Assembly (NCBI GenBank): GCA_965216315.1
Contig: CBDCFN010000016.1
Span: 224,001-288,000 of the forward strand
Origin: a bacterium
GTDB lineage: Bacteria > UBA10199 > 2-02-FULL-50-16 > JAJFLM01
DNA: 64,000 nt
Direction: 5' to 3'
Shown here in pieces: positions 1 through 10,052 of this stretch (position 1 is its first letter; every line of letters starts with the position of its first letter). Below the pieces are notes generated by a model, which made no database searches, was not told the DNA's origin, and worked only from the letters and a program-made list of their open reading frames with translations. Both the position numbers and the translations under genes were made by a program.

Positions 1-443
1 AGCGCGGAGCGCACATAACGGGAAAGTTGCTGGGCATGATTAAAACCGCGCTTCATCAGCGAGCGACGGTGAACGGGGACGGGAATAACACAGTCATAAT
101 GGCGTTTTTTCAGCGTGCGTAGGGCGTGACCTGCTAAGAGGCTCCCCAGTACGGGGACAGTTTCCAGGTGCTTACCGAATTTGAGATCGTGGATGAGTTC
201 AACCAGCCCGTCTTCGTAGGCGCCAAAGGCATAAAGCGCGTCGAAATAACGGGAGTCCATGCAACGGCTGCAGAGATGAGGTTTTACTTGTTTGCTTTCG
301 AATGGCTTGAGGCAGCGACTGCAAGCCGGTTGAGGGATAGAATGCATGCGATGTCGGCAGCTGGTGCAGAGTAAGGGTTGTTTCACTGAATTTAAAGAGA
401 TGTTACAAAGTACGCAGCGGGGAGGGAGGATGATTTTAAGCAT
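1..443 (-). CDS. comF: ComF family protein (double zinc ribbon + phosphoribosyltransferase), 3' end runs off the window
   Basis: Not in the ORF track. Manual translation from ATG at 443: MLKIILPPRCVLC...CTSC...CSRC...CSRC...VIPVPVHRRSLMKRGFNHAQQL, which has four CxxC motifs and the ComF PVPxH...RGFNxA motif. Start overlaps the lolA stop. Confidence 0.85.
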   Translation of the reverse strand, partial: MLKIILPPRCVLCNISLNSVKQPLLCTSCRHRMHSIPQPACSRCLKPFESKQVKPHLCSRCMDSRYFDALYAFGAYEDGLVELIHDLKFGKHLETVPVLGSLLAGHALRTLKKRHYDCVIPVPVHRRSLMKRGFNHAQQLSRYVRSA

Positions 444-1071
444 CAGGCCTCACAATAGAAACGTTTTTAGGGATTTTAAAGTTAAACTTCTTATCCGATA
501 TTTTTTTATCCAATTTCAATTTTGAAAAGGTGTAGCGACTGCGGTTGCCGCGCTTGGGCCATAAGGTCGCCTCCTGAAGTGAGTAACTACTATTGTCCAC
601 GATGAGCTGAATTTTTTTGAGCCGCGATTTTTTATCACGTGGAATTAACGTGAGCGTCGTTATTCCGTTGAGTTTTTTTATTTCAGGAATGTGAAAAGTG
701 GCGCGTAGATCGCCGAGCCCACTGAGAAAACTTAAGGCTTCTTTGCTGATACGTAGTCCCGCATCTTCATAGACCTCGACTTCTTTGAATTTAGGCGAAT
801 AGATCCATAGCGTATTGCCGTTGAAAACGTAGAGTTGTTTGTCTGGTCTATCATATTCGATTCGGAATTGGTTCTGACCGAAATAAAGTTTGCCGCTGCG
901 GCTCTGTTCGCGTTCGAGTATTTCAACATAAGTATTTTGGGTGAATTCGGCGATTATGGTTTCGGTTTTTTTATAGGTTTCCTGAATCGCGTGGGTGATG
1001 TCGACTGCATGTGCCGGCGTCCATACGAGTAGAAAAAATGCGACTGAGATGGAGTAAACGATGCGCTTCAT
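436..1071 (-). CDS. lolA: Outer-membrane lipoprotein carrier protein LolA
   Basis: Signal peptide (AHA), AEFTQ...G.LYF...FRIEY..P..Q..VFNG.TLWIY pattern, C-terminal F.F.IP; directly downstream of ftsK, the conserved arrangement. Confidence 0.85.
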   Translation of the reverse strand: MKRIVYSISVAFFLLVWTPAHAVDITHAIQETYKKTETIIAEFTQNTYVEILEREQSRSGKLYFGQNQFRIEYDRPDKQLYVFNGNTLWIYSPKFKEVEVYEDAGLRISKEALSFLSGLGDLRATFHIPEIKKLNGITTLTLIPRDKKSRLKKIQLIVDNSSYSLQEATLWPKRGNRSRYTFSKLKLDKKISDKKFNFKIPKNVSIVRPDA

Positions 1072-3440
1072 TAACTCTCCGCTAGATTGCGAGCCAATAC
1101 TTGCCGGGGCTTACTGCCTACCGCCGGTCCGACGACACCCTCGCTCTCCATCTTTTCAATCAAGCGCGCTGCACGGTTGTAACCGATGCGAAGGTGGCGC
1201 TGGACCATGGAAATGGATGCCTGTCCCGATTGGCAGACCAGATTGACGGCACGGTCATAGAGTTCATCGTCTTCGGAGTCCTCTCCGAAGCTACCAGCCG
1301 CCTCTTCGGGCGGGGCTTGAAGGATTTCTTCGCGGTACACCGGCTTGCCCTGTTTCTTAAGATGGGCCGCAATACGGTGAATTTCCGTATCGGTTACAAA
1401 TGCACCGTGGACACGAGTCAATTCGGATGCCGTTGGCGGGGAGAAGAGCATGTCACCGGCGCCGAGCAAGCGTTCGGCCCCGATTTGATCGAGTATCGTG
1501 CGTGAATCATGCCGCGATGAGACCTTAAAAGAAATGCGCGTCGGAAAGTTGGCTTTGATGACCCCGGTGATGACGTCAACCGACGGGCGCTGCGTGGCAA
1601 GAATTAAATGGATGCCGGAGGCACGCGCCTTTTGGGCGAGCCGCATGATGCTATCTTCAAGATCCTTGGAGGCGACCATCATGAGGTCCGCGAGCTCATC
1701 GATGATAATGACGATGCTCGGTAGTTTGCCTTCATGCTTGAGTTCCTCACGCCCAATCTGGATGACGGCGTCTTTGTCGAGGGAATTGTCGTCAATCTTT
1801 TTGTTGTAGGCAGTAATGTCACGAATTCCGGCGTGGGCCATGAGGTGGTAGCGTCGATCCATTTCGCGAACCGCCCAACGCAAGGCCTGGTTGGCCTTTT
1901 TGGGGTCCGTAACGACGGGGACCAGAAGATGAGGAATGTCCGCATAGACCGAAAGTTCGAGCATTTTCGGATCGACCAGAATCATGCGGACTTCATCCGG
2001 CGTTGCTTTATAGAGAATCGAGCAGATCATCGTGTTGATCGACACTGACTTACCCGAACCGGTGGATCCCGCGACCAACAGGTGGGGCATTTTGGCCAGG
2101 TCCGCGACCATGGGCGTGCCTTGGCTGTCTTTGCCGAGGGCCATGGTGAGGCGCGAGTCAGAACGAAGAAACTTCGGATGCCCCATAATATCACGCATCC
2201 ACACGGTTTCGCGTTCACTGTTGGGAATCTCGATACCGATGGCGGCCTTGCCGGGAAGATGCGGGACAACGCGAACGCTCCGTCCGCCCATGCTGACGGA
2301 AAGATCGTCCGATAGATTGACGATCTTGTTGACCTTAACGCCTGGCGCCGGTTCAAATTCATACATCGTAATGACAGGTCCGGGATGGATGGCCATTACG
2401 CGACCTTCCACTCCAAAGTCTTTGAGCTTCTTTTCGAGCATGTTGGCGTTGGCCTTGAGAGCTTTTTCATCCACCTGCTTCGGTTGGTCTGATTCGCCGG
2501 AATCTAAATAAGATAATTGCGGCAATTCAAAAGAGCCTCCGACCGAAACCATCTTGAGTTGTCCCCCGGAACGCTTACCCATTTTCTTATCTTTGCGAGA
2601 GAAAACCGCAGGTCCGTTGGACTCTTGGGCGACGGCAGGCGCTTCCGACGATGCCGTGACAGCGGCCTCTCGCCTGGCCGGGGCTTTACGCCCAACCAGC
2701 TCTTTTAACTTCGCCATTTCAGGGTCGGCGGCGATGCGGGTGTCATTGATCTGGATTTGGCGCTTTTGCTGACGACCCTCGCGCCACGATTTGAATTGGC
2801 CGATGAGTCGTTCCTTTTGCCGGTGCACTCCCATGCCGATTCGTGCGATGACGAGTCGCGTCCAGGTCATCAATTTTTCGGAGCTGACGCGCAGGCACGT
2901 ACTGCCAAATTTGGCGATTTGCGCCAAAGAGACCTCAGTCAACCACACCGTTGTTAGCAGGAGGCCGACGAAGACGAACAGATAGGTGCCGACGAGGCCC
3001 AGATAGTGAGTTGAGAGTTTTGCCAGCGACCACCCGATAAGTCCTCCCGCATGGAGCGGTTGACCGAGTATGTCGATATCATTCCAGATCAGTTGGCATA
3101 GTACGGCTCCCAGGCTTGTAATGATGAGAAAAGCGATGGCCCGAAACCAGGCCGGCTTGATGGGCCGTAGCGCAAAGAACGAAAACGAGATAATGACGAG
3201 TAGGGCCGGCATGAAATAGGCGCCGATGCCAAGCAGCATATAGAGAAAATCAGCTAGGTAAGACCCAATGGCCCCACCTAAGTTTTGGATCGGCTGCGCT
3301 GAACCGACCGAACTCAAGGAAGGATCTAGCGGATGGTATGAATAGAGGCAAAGCCCGATAAAGGACCCAACCGCTAAAAAGAGGATTCCGTAAATTTCCT
3401 TGGTGTGGTCGGTGCGCCGCTGTGATGATTTGGCGGACAT
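1071..3440 (-). CDS. ftsK: DNA translocase FtsK
   Basis: N-terminal 4TM region, Walker A GSTGSGKS, IIDELADLMM, LATQRPSVDVITG, gamma domain LRIGYNRAARLIE. Confidence 0.97.
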   Translation of the reverse strand: MSAKSSQRRTDHTKEIYGILFLAVGSFIGLCLYSYHPLDPSLSSVGSAQPIQNLGGAIGSYLADFLYMLLGIGAYFMPALLVIISFSFFALRPIKPAWFRAIAFLIITSLGAVLCQLIWNDIDILGQPLHAGGLIGWSLAKLSTHYLGLVGTYLFVFVGLLLTTVWLTEVSLAQIAKFGSTCLRVSSEKLMTWTRLVIARIGMGVHRQKERLIGQFKSWREGRQQKRQIQINDTRIAADPEMAKLKELVGRKAPARREAAVTASSEAPAVAQESNGPAVFSRKDKKMGKRSGGQLKMVSVGGSFELPQLSYLDSGESDQPKQVDEKALKANANMLEKKLKDFGVEGRVMAIHPGPVITMYEFEPAPGVKVNKIVNLSDDLSVSMGGRSVRVVPHLPGKAAIGIEIPNSERETVWMRDIMGHPKFLRSDSRLTMALGKDSQGTPMVADLAKMPHLLVAGSTGSGKSVSINTMICSILYKATPDEVRMILVDPKMLELSVYADIPHLLVPVVTDPKKANQALRWAVREMDRRYHLMAHAGIRDITAYNKKIDDNSLDKDAVIQIGREELKHEGKLPSIVIIIDELADLMMVASKDLEDSIMRLAQKARASGIHLILATQRPSVDVITGVIKANFPTRISFKVSSRHDSRTILDQIGAERLLGAGDMLFSPPTASELTRVHGAFVTDTEIHRIAAHLKKQGKPVYREEILQAPPEEAAGSFGEDSEDDELYDRAVNLVCQSGQASISMVQRHLRIGYNRAARLIEKMESEGVVGPAVGSKPRQVLARNLAES

Positions 3441-3453
3441 GAATTACTTGAAA

Positions 3454-3481
3454 CTTATAAGGTAAATGGGTGCAAAGTCAA
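3454..3481 (-). promoter_or_regulatory. Putative sigma70 promoter of ftsK
   Basis: TTGACT-N16-TATAAG on the minus strand just upstream of the ATG. Confidence 0.45.
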
Positions 3482-3511
3482 GAAAAGTGAGGGTTCTTAA
3501 AAGCGTAGGAA

Positions 3512-3540
3512 TTGACACGGGTGAGTCCCTTTGCTAGAGG
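3512..3540 (+). promoter_or_regulatory. Putative sigma70 promoter
   Basis: TTGACA-N17-TAGAGG; perfect -35, weak -10. Confidence 0.35.
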
Positions 3541-3549
3541 GGGGCCATC

Positions 3550-4068
3550 GTGAAACGCCGTCTTCCCAAAATTTTAATTACAACTGCCTTAATTGTAGGC
3601 AGCGTGATTGGCTCCGCTCAACCGGCACAAGCTCAGTACGATCTCTATTCACGCCAAGGAAAGTTTGATATTGGGATCGGGGCCGGGATCAATGTACGCT
3701 CGCCGATACATTTCGATCTCCAAATTGCCGGCGAATATTTTTTCACGAACAATTTCGCTTTCGGTGCGGCTTTTGATGCGTTGATTCGCTCTCCGCATGC
3801 CTTTATCTTTACTCCGTTTGCCCGCTATCATTTTGATATCAGCCGTTTCCCTAAATTTGTTCCTTATGTCGGTGGAGGTATCGGCGGCGGGGCGGATTCC
3901 AACGGCAACGGCTTTATGGACATCATGTTGCCGAACTTGGGCTTTAAGTATGCGCTTACGAATCGGATCCGCTTGGGGAGCGATATGGGGCTTCATATCC
4001 TGACTGACTTTGATGATACCGAGGTCGATTTCCGGATTCTTTTTGTGACGCTTAACTTCCGTTTTTAG
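3550..4068 (+). CDS. Small outer-membrane beta-barrel protein
   Basis: Signal peptide (AQA), amphipathic beta strands, PYVGGGIG motif, terminal Phe (LNFRF). Confidence 0.7.
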   Translation: MKRRLPKILITTALIVGSVIGSAQPAQAQYDLYSRQGKFDIGIGAGINVRSPIHFDLQIAGEYFFTNNFAFGAAFDALIRSPHAFIFTPFARYHFDISRFPKFVPYVGGGIGGGADSNGNGFMDIMLPNLGFKYALTNRIRLGSDMGLHILTDFDDTEVDFRILFVTLNFRF

Positions 4069-4071
4069 TCC

Positions 4072-5037
4072 TCAGGATCTCGAGGACTGCGACAATTTCA
4101 CATTCATTTTGCTGACATCCACTTCGGAGCACACTTGGTTGCGTCCTGACTCTTTGGCTAAATAGAGCGCCTTGTCCGCCTTGGTGATTAGGTCTTCTTC
4201 GGTTTGTACCTGCGGACCCAATGACGCGACTCCTATACTGGCCGTAAGCGTTGTTTGATAGTCGTCAATTTCCAGGTGAATGCCGGCGATTTTTTTGCAC
4301 ATCCGTTGCGCCAGATTGACGGCGTCTTTGTGCGCTGTTTCGGGCAAGATTATGCCGAACTCATCGCCCCCATAGCGTGCCACGGTGTCGACGCGTCGTA
4401 ATCCATCATTAAGTGCCTTCGCAACATATTGAAGGGCACGGTCGCCCGCTAAATGTCCTCCCTCATCATTGATGTCTTTGAGAGAATCAACATCCAGCAA
4501 GACGATCGAAAGGGGACGGTGATAACGCTGTGAGCGGTGGAATTCATCTTCGAGGCGCTCTTGAAAGAGACGTCGGTTGTACACGCCCGTTAAGCTGTCC
4601 TGGATGGCCATTTGTTTAAGCTGTTCATGGGCTTGCTGGGCTTCTTCCTTGAGTTGGCGCCTCTCGAGGACGGTTTCAAGAATGTGGGCAATCGAGGCGC
4701 CTTCGAGTTCTTCTTTGGTGAGATAATCATAGGCTCCTTGCTTGATAGCTTCTGAAGCAAGTTTTTCACTGCCCTGTCCCGTCAATACGACGACGGGCGT
4801 GCCTTTGTGTTCGTTGGTAAGCCAGCGGAGCAGGTAAAACGCATCGATGTAGGGGGGGCGATGGTCCGTGAGGATGATATCGTACGGAGTTTTATGGAGG
4901 ATGCCGACGGCATCCGCAGTGGAACGACAAAAGTGAAGCCGTCTTGAGTGGCCCGTTTGGGCGAGATTTTCTTCGAGTAGGCGGCCATCTTCTGCACTGT
5001 CATCTACGACTAAGAGTGCGATTTCGGAACGAAGCAT
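4072..5037 (-). CDS. Response regulator diguanylate cyclase (REC-GGDEF)
   Basis: VVDD, conserved Asp (LTDH), GAYDYLTK; DSLTGVYNRR; RxxD I-site (RRVD) and intact RYGGDEF. Confidence 0.93.
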   Translation of the reverse strand: MLRSEIALLVVDDSAEDGRLLEENLAQTGHSRRLHFCRSTADAVGILHKTPYDIILTDHRPPYIDAFYLLRWLTNEHKGTPVVVLTGQGSEKLASEAIKQGAYDYLTKEELEGASIAHILETVLERRQLKEEAQQAHEQLKQMAIQDSLTGVYNRRLFQERLEDEFHRSQRYHRPLSIVLLDVDSLKDINDEGGHLAGDRALQYVAKALNDGLRRVDTVARYGGDEFGIILPETAHKDAVNLAQRMCKKIAGIHLEIDDYQTTLTASIGVASLGPQVQTEEDLITKADKALYLAKESGRNQVCSEVDVSKMNVKLSQSSRS

Positions 5038-5118
5038 ATTAACTCCGCAAATTCTCCGCCGAGCCTCCGAGTTTGCTTCGCGCCTAAAGCGCAGCTTCAG
5101 GCTTGACGGTTGTGGGGA

Positions 5119-5147
5119 ATCATAGCGTGTGCGGCCGGTACTGGCAA
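5119..5147 (-). promoter_or_regulatory. Putative sigma70 promoter of the REC-GGDEF gene
   Basis: TTGCCA-N17-TATGAT on the minus strand. Confidence 0.55.
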
Positions 5148-5190
5148 GGTGTTTGCGTGACTTGCCAATTCTGGAAACGCGTGGTTACCC

Positions 5191-5895
5191 ATGTATATGG
5201 TTCAAGAGCCTCCACATCCATGGGATGTCACGTTCAAAGAAGCTGTTCAGATTCAAAAGGAGCTCGCACATCGGGTCTCTTTGCGAACGCCTGTAAAAAT
5301 TCAACAGCGTTTGCAAGCTCCGGAGCTGTTAATTGCTGCAGCCGATATTTCTTACAACCGACGCTCGCCACTGCTTTTTGCCGTTGTTGTGGTCATGCGG
5401 CTGGGTGATTTTGAGGTGATTGAAAGGGTGTCACACTGCATGAAAGTGACTTTTCCCTACGTGTCTGGTTTTCTCTCTTTTCGGGAAGCACCGGTGGTGA
5501 TCGAGGCCTTTAAGCAGCTGGAATGCCGACCCGATGTCCTGCTTTGTGACGGCCAAGGTCGGGCGCATCCGCGTCGCTTGGGTTTGGCATCTCATCTCGG
5601 TGTGCTCCTCAATCTTCCGAGTATCGGCTGTGCCAAGACGCGTCTTACGGGAACCTATCGCGAGCCCGGGGCCAAAAAGGGGGCGACGACGCGTTTGACG
5701 GACCGGGAAGAGGTGATTGGGCGGGTGGTGCGGACGCGTAGCGGAGTCAAGCCCATCTATGTTTCCGTAGGCCACAAGATCGATCTGGACGATGCTGTCC
5801 GTCTCGTACTAAGATGCTGCCCGCGTTATCGAATCCCGGAGCCCATAAGGCAGGCCCATATGATTGTTAACCAAGTTCGCGAGGCGTCGAGTTGA
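5191..5895 (+). CDS. nfi: Endonuclease V
   Basis: AADISY, FPYVSGFLSFRE, CDGQGRAHPRRLGLASHLG, IGCAK, PIYVSVGH, RIPEPIRQAH. Confidence 0.95.
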   Translation: MYMVQEPPHPWDVTFKEAVQIQKELAHRVSLRTPVKIQQRLQAPELLIAAADISYNRRSPLLFAVVVVMRLGDFEVIERVSHCMKVTFPYVSGFLSFREAPVVIEAFKQLECRPDVLLCDGQGRAHPRRLGLASHLGVLLNLPSIGCAKTRLTGTYREPGAKKGATTRLTDREEVIGRVVRTRSGVKPIYVSVGHKIDLDDAVRLVLRCCPRYRIPEPIRQAHMIVNQVREASS

Positions 5896-5898
5896 TCT

Positions 5899-7056
5899 AT
5901 GAGGTATGTTGCTCGAGTCGTTATATGTTTGGTGTTGCTTGGAACGGTTCCGTCTTTTTCGCTCTACGCCTTCAATCGCTCTTCTGCACTAGAACAACAG
6001 CAAGACAAAGCCCGCCAGGTTAGGACCTATCTGTTTAAAAGACAGTACACCCAGGCTGCCACGGAGATCCAGTCCGTCATCGATAGGTGGCCTGACGAAG
6101 TGCTCGGTTATTTCGGGATGATGTTGTTGTATCAACTGAGAAACTTCGAAAACCTCGATCATCGCTTTGATCAACAATACCTTCAATGGCATGAGCAAGG
6201 CCGTAAAAGTGCACTGAAAATCATAAACGACGGCCGGTCTGATCCGTGGCATCTTTTTATTGCTGCTGGAACACTGGGTTTGTCCGGCATGTACAAATTG
6301 AATCAAGGGAAGACGGTACGTGCCTTACGTGACGGTTCGATGGCGCTTAATGCACTCAAAAAGGCGTTAAAGAAAGATCCTAATTGGGTGGAACCTTATT
6401 ATGGCCTGGGCCTTTATGATTATTGGCGCAGTGTTTTTACCAACCGCTGGACCTTTCTTCCGTTTTTCCCCGACAAGCGCGACGAGGGTAGACGGAACAT
6501 CCAAAAGGTAATTGAGCGGGGGACGTTTGCACAGGAATTGGCTCGAGGCTCACTGGCCTATATGTATTATAATGATAAAAAATATGCCGAAGCACTTAAG
6601 ATTACCGGCCCATTAGTCGCGAAATATTCTAACAATGTTATTTTGCAAATACTTCATGCGCATATTTTGACCAAGCTCAAGCGGTACGATCTCGCGAAAA
6701 AAAACTATGAACGCATTTTGAGGCAGGATCCGCGCCTCACTAAAGTTAATTTTTATTTAGCGCGACTCTATTTTGCCAGTGCCAAGGATGAACAAGAAAA
6801 GCGCAAAAAAAACGCGTCCGCCAGCGTCCCTGTAGAAGCCTATGAAAAAGTGTTGCCGTGGGTGCAACGTTACGTCGAGGCGGAGCCTCATGCCAAAAAA
6901 CGGTGGAAGGCAGAGGCCTACAGCCTCTGGGGGGAAACGCTCTATCGGCTCAAGCGCTGGAGTGAGGCGAAGGCTAAATTCCGTCTCGCTCTCAAGCAAG
7001 ATTATTCCCTCTACCATGCCAAAAAACGCCTCACCGAGCTGCAGAAGCGGCTCTAG
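5899..7056 (+). CDS. Exported tetratricopeptide-repeat protein
   Basis: Signal peptide and several TPR-like helical repeats (ALKKDPNWVEPYYGLG). Confidence 0.75.
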   Translation: MRYVARVVICLVLLGTVPSFSLYAFNRSSALEQQQDKARQVRTYLFKRQYTQAATEIQSVIDRWPDEVLGYFGMMLLYQLRNFENLDHRFDQQYLQWHEQGRKSALKIINDGRSDPWHLFIAAGTLGLSGMYKLNQGKTVRALRDGSMALNALKKALKKDPNWVEPYYGLGLYDYWRSVFTNRWTFLPFFPDKRDEGRRNIQKVIERGTFAQELARGSLAYMYYNDKKYAEALKITGPLVAKYSNNVILQILHAHILTKLKRYDLAKKNYERILRQDPRLTKVNFYLARLYFASAKDEQEKRKKNASASVPVEAYEKVLPWVQRYVEAEPHAKKRWKAEAYSLWGETLYRLKRWSEAKAKFRLALKQDYSLYHAKKRLTELQKRL

Positions 7057-7097
7057 CGCCCGTATTCGAAAATCATCTAAAAATCGCGAACTTATTT

Positions 7098-7128
7098 TGT
7101 CGATAAGCTGTGGATAGAGTTGGGATAA
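7098..7128. promoter_or_regulatory. Three DnaA-box-like 9-mers at 11-bp period
   Basis: TGTCGATAA (7098), TGTGGATAG (7109), TTGGGATAA (7120) versus consensus TGTGGATAA. Confidence 0.4.
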
Positions 7129-7182
7129 CTTTTAATCCAAAAGTACTTGCGCTGATGACACACCTTGTTATGTTGCCCTTCC

Positions 7183-8568
7183 ATGGGCCTATCCATCGTC
7201 CAAAAAAGTAACCTGAATCAACGCCGGCCCCATGCCAAGACGGCGCTTGTCTTGGCCGGCGGCGCCATTACCGGCGGGACGTTTAAGGTCGGGGGCCTCA
7301 AGGCACTCAACGATTTTCTCGTCAATCGCAAGATAACCGATTTTGATCTTTATATCGGCCTTTCAGCCGGCGCCTTATTGGCGGCACCGCTTGCCGGCGG
7401 CATTGGTCCGGAAGAAATTCTCAAAAGTCTCAGTGGCTCATCAAGACATTTTAGACAGTTGTCCCCCATGCACATGTATACTCCTAACTGGCGTGAATTT
7501 ATTGAGCGACCGGTGAGTTATTTGTATCGCCGGGCGACCTATCTGCCGGGGATTGTGTATGACGTGGCCCGTTCTTATCCGTTTATTAAAGATGAAATTA
7601 AGAAGAAATTTTTCAACCTTGTTTCGCAACCGACGTATTCGAATCTAGAAGACCTGTTAGAACCTTTAGCCAAGGTGATTTACTCGAGTCGCGTGATGCC
7701 GAGTTTGGCCGAAGCACTGCCGAGCGGTCTTTTTGATAATCGGCCGCTCGAAGAATATATTCGCGCCAACATGGAAAGAAATCACCTGTCGAACAATTTT
7801 AAAGTCCTCAAGCGTTTGCGTAAAAAAGGTCTTTATATCGTGGCGACCGTGCTTGATTCCGCTGAGCGCGAGGTCTTCGGTTATGACGAAAAGAATGATG
7901 TTACGATTAGTGAAGCGGTCTGGGCGTCAACGGCTTTGCCGGGCTTTTATAAGCCAGTTCGACTCAAAGGGATTGATTACGTCGATGGCGCTGTGCGCCG
8001 CACGGCTAATATTGATGTGGCCGTCGCTAAAGGCGCTGAACTGATTATTTGTTATAACCCTTTTAGGCCTTTTAATAATGATCTTGTCCTTGAATATCTT
8101 CGCGAAGAAAAACGCTACGTGACTAAAGGGAAGCGATTATCACAGTTCGGTGTTTTTATGATTTTGAATCAGGCCGTTCGTTCGCTTTTTCACACGCGAC
8201 TGAAATTCACGCTCGAACACTACTCAAAAAATCCGAACTTTCAGGGAGACATCATTTTAATAGAACCTAAAGCGGATGATTCGCTTTTCTTCGAAATCAA
8301 TCCATTAGCTTTCTGGCAACGCGCCAAAGCGGCGAAGTGTGGTTTTAATTCCGTGCGGGATTCCATTGAAAGGCACTATGAACCGGTTTCCAAGATTCTC
8401 AATGCCTATGGAATTGAAATGAGTCGCGAACAGGTTGATCTTGATTATAGTAAAATAAGTCAGGCCGAAGATGATTCGGTGACATTGAAGGTACTGGAAG
8501 AGGAACGGCCGAAACGACGTTTTCGTGTGGTTAAAAACGGTGTTTCGGCGTCCGGCGCATCTAAATGA
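7183..8568 (+). CDS. Patatin-like phospholipase
   Basis: LVLAGGAITG glycine-rich loop, GLSAG nucleophile elbow, YVDGA catalytic Asp motif. ATG 7183 preferred over TTG 7165. Confidence 0.88.
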   Translation: MGLSIVQKSNLNQRRPHAKTALVLAGGAITGGTFKVGGLKALNDFLVNRKITDFDLYIGLSAGALLAAPLAGGIGPEEILKSLSGSSRHFRQLSPMHMYTPNWREFIERPVSYLYRRATYLPGIVYDVARSYPFIKDEIKKKFFNLVSQPTYSNLEDLLEPLAKVIYSSRVMPSLAEALPSGLFDNRPLEEYIRANMERNHLSNNFKVLKRLRKKGLYIVATVLDSAEREVFGYDEKNDVTISEAVWASTALPGFYKPVRLKGIDYVDGAVRRTANIDVAVAKGAELIICYNPFRPFNNDLVLEYLREEKRYVTKGKRLSQFGVFMILNQAVRSLFHTRLKFTLEHYSKNPNFQGDIILIEPKADDSLFFEINPLAFWQRAKAAKCGFNSVRDSIERHYEPVSKILNAYGIEMSREQVDLDYSKISQAEDDSVTLKVLEEERPKRRFRVVKNGVSASGASK

Positions 8569-9755
8569 AGATCTACTCCGTTTCGGAGCTGACTCACTCG
8601 ATAAAAGATCTCCTCGAAGAGACCTATCCGGAAGTCTGGGTAAGCGGGGAAATTTCCAATTTTAAAGCCCATCACAACGGGCATTTTTATTTTAATTTAA
8701 AAGACCAAGACAGTCGGCTTTCCGCCGTGATGTTTCGCGGCAGCAATCAAAGTCTGCGTTTTTCTCCGGAAGAAGGCATGGAAGTTGTGTGCTTTGGCAG
8801 GCTGACGATTTATCCTCCCTATGGTCAATACCAGATTATCGTCAACGCGATGGAACCCCAAGGTTTGGGAGCCCTTCAACTTGCCTTCGAGCAGCTGAAG
8901 GAAAAGCTCGCCAAGGAGGGTCTGTTTGAGGAGGGGAAGAAAAAGGAGCTGCCTTCCTTACCCAGACGGATCGGGATCGTCACATCGCAGTCGGGGGCGG
9001 CATTACGCGATATGATAGACGTCGCGATGCGGCGCTATCCTAATGTCGAAATTCTCGTGGCCCCTGCAGCAGTTCAAGGGAAGGAGGCGGCGCCGCAAAT
9101 TGCCGATGCGATCGCTCGTTTGAATAAGCAGCCGAATATCGATGTTATTCTTGTCGGTCGAGGAGGCGGATCGATGGAAGACTTATGGGCCTTCAACGAA
9201 GAAGTCGTTGCGCGTGCGATCGCGGCGTCGGCGATACCCATAATTTCAGCGGTGGGGCATGAAACGGATTTTACGATCGCTGATTTTGTTGCTGATGTTC
9301 GCGCGCCGACGCCATCGGCAGCCGCTGAGTTGGCGGTGCCCAGCAAGGAAGAATTGGTCTATACACTGGCACAATGGCGCTATCGCTTGACGCGTGCGAT
9401 TAAACAAGGTCTCGATGAGCGGCATGAAGATGTCTTGGAGCTGCGAAGGCGTCTTAAAGACCCGCGTCGACGTCTTGAAGAAATGATGCAGCGCTTGGAT
9501 GACTTGACGATGCGCTCTCAGCGCGCCATCTTTCATCGCCTGCAATATGGTCGGATGGAATGGCGACGCCTTCAGCGTTCACTCAAAAACCTGAATCCCC
9601 TGGCGATCTTGGAGCGGGGTTATGCCGTCGTGAACCCCGTGGGCTCCGCGCAGGCCCTGACATCTCCCGAGCAGGTCAAAATCGGGGATAAGGTGCAAAT
9701 TCGCCTCGCTCAGGGGCGGATTTCCGCGGAAATACTTAAAAAATGGGGACTTTAA
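8565..9755 (+). CDS. xseA: Exodeoxyribonuclease VII large subunit
   Basis: WVSGEISNFK..GHFYFNLKD, GRGGGSMEDLWAFN, SAVGHETDFTIADFVADVRAPTPSAAAE. Confidence 0.97.
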   Translation: MKIYSVSELTHSIKDLLEETYPEVWVSGEISNFKAHHNGHFYFNLKDQDSRLSAVMFRGSNQSLRFSPEEGMEVVCFGRLTIYPPYGQYQIIVNAMEPQGLGALQLAFEQLKEKLAKEGLFEEGKKKELPSLPRRIGIVTSQSGAALRDMIDVAMRRYPNVEILVAPAAVQGKEAAPQIADAIARLNKQPNIDVILVGRGGGSMEDLWAFNEEVVARAIAASAIPIISAVGHETDFTIADFVADVRAPTPSAAAELAVPSKEELVYTLAQWRYRLTRAIKQGLDERHEDVLELRRRLKDPRRRLEEMMQRLDDLTMRSQRAIFHRLQYGRMEWRRLQRSLKNLNPLAILERGYAVVNPVGSAQALTSPEQVKIGDKVQIRLAQGRISAEILKKWGL

Positions 9756-9791
9756 AGCCCCTCATATTGACTCGGGCCCGGCAAGGGGCGT

Positions 9792-10052
9792 ATGGAGCAG
9801 GCAGTTGTTATGCCCCCTGCTAAGGCAAAAAAAGAGAATTTCGAGACGGCGCTCAAAAAGCTCGAAAAGATCGTGACGGATCTGGAAGAAGGCGATTTGA
9901 GCCTGGAGCGTTCCATCAAGGACTTTGAGCAGGGCAGCAAGCTTGCCCAGCTTTGTGAAGACCAGCTTAATGCCGCCCGTAAAAAGGTGGAAGTCTTGAT
10001 GGGGGATAAAGTGGAGAGCTTTCCATGGGATGAAGAGGACGATGAAGATTGA
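9792..10052 (+). CDS. xseB: Exodeoxyribonuclease VII small subunit
   Basis: FETALKKLEKIVTDLEEGDLSLE...FEQG..L...C...L..A. Confidence 0.95.
   Translation: MEQAVVMPPAKAKKENFETALKKLEKIVTDLEEGDLSLERSIKDFEQGSKLAQLCEDQLNAARKKVEVLMGDKVESFPWDEEDDED

Noticed and set aside
5142..5157. Sigma54 box (TGGCAAGGTGTTTGC) before nfi
   Set aside because: It overlaps a good minus-strand sigma70 -35 element (TTGCCA-N17-TATGAT) that explains the sequence, and no enhancer was seen. Not fully excluded.
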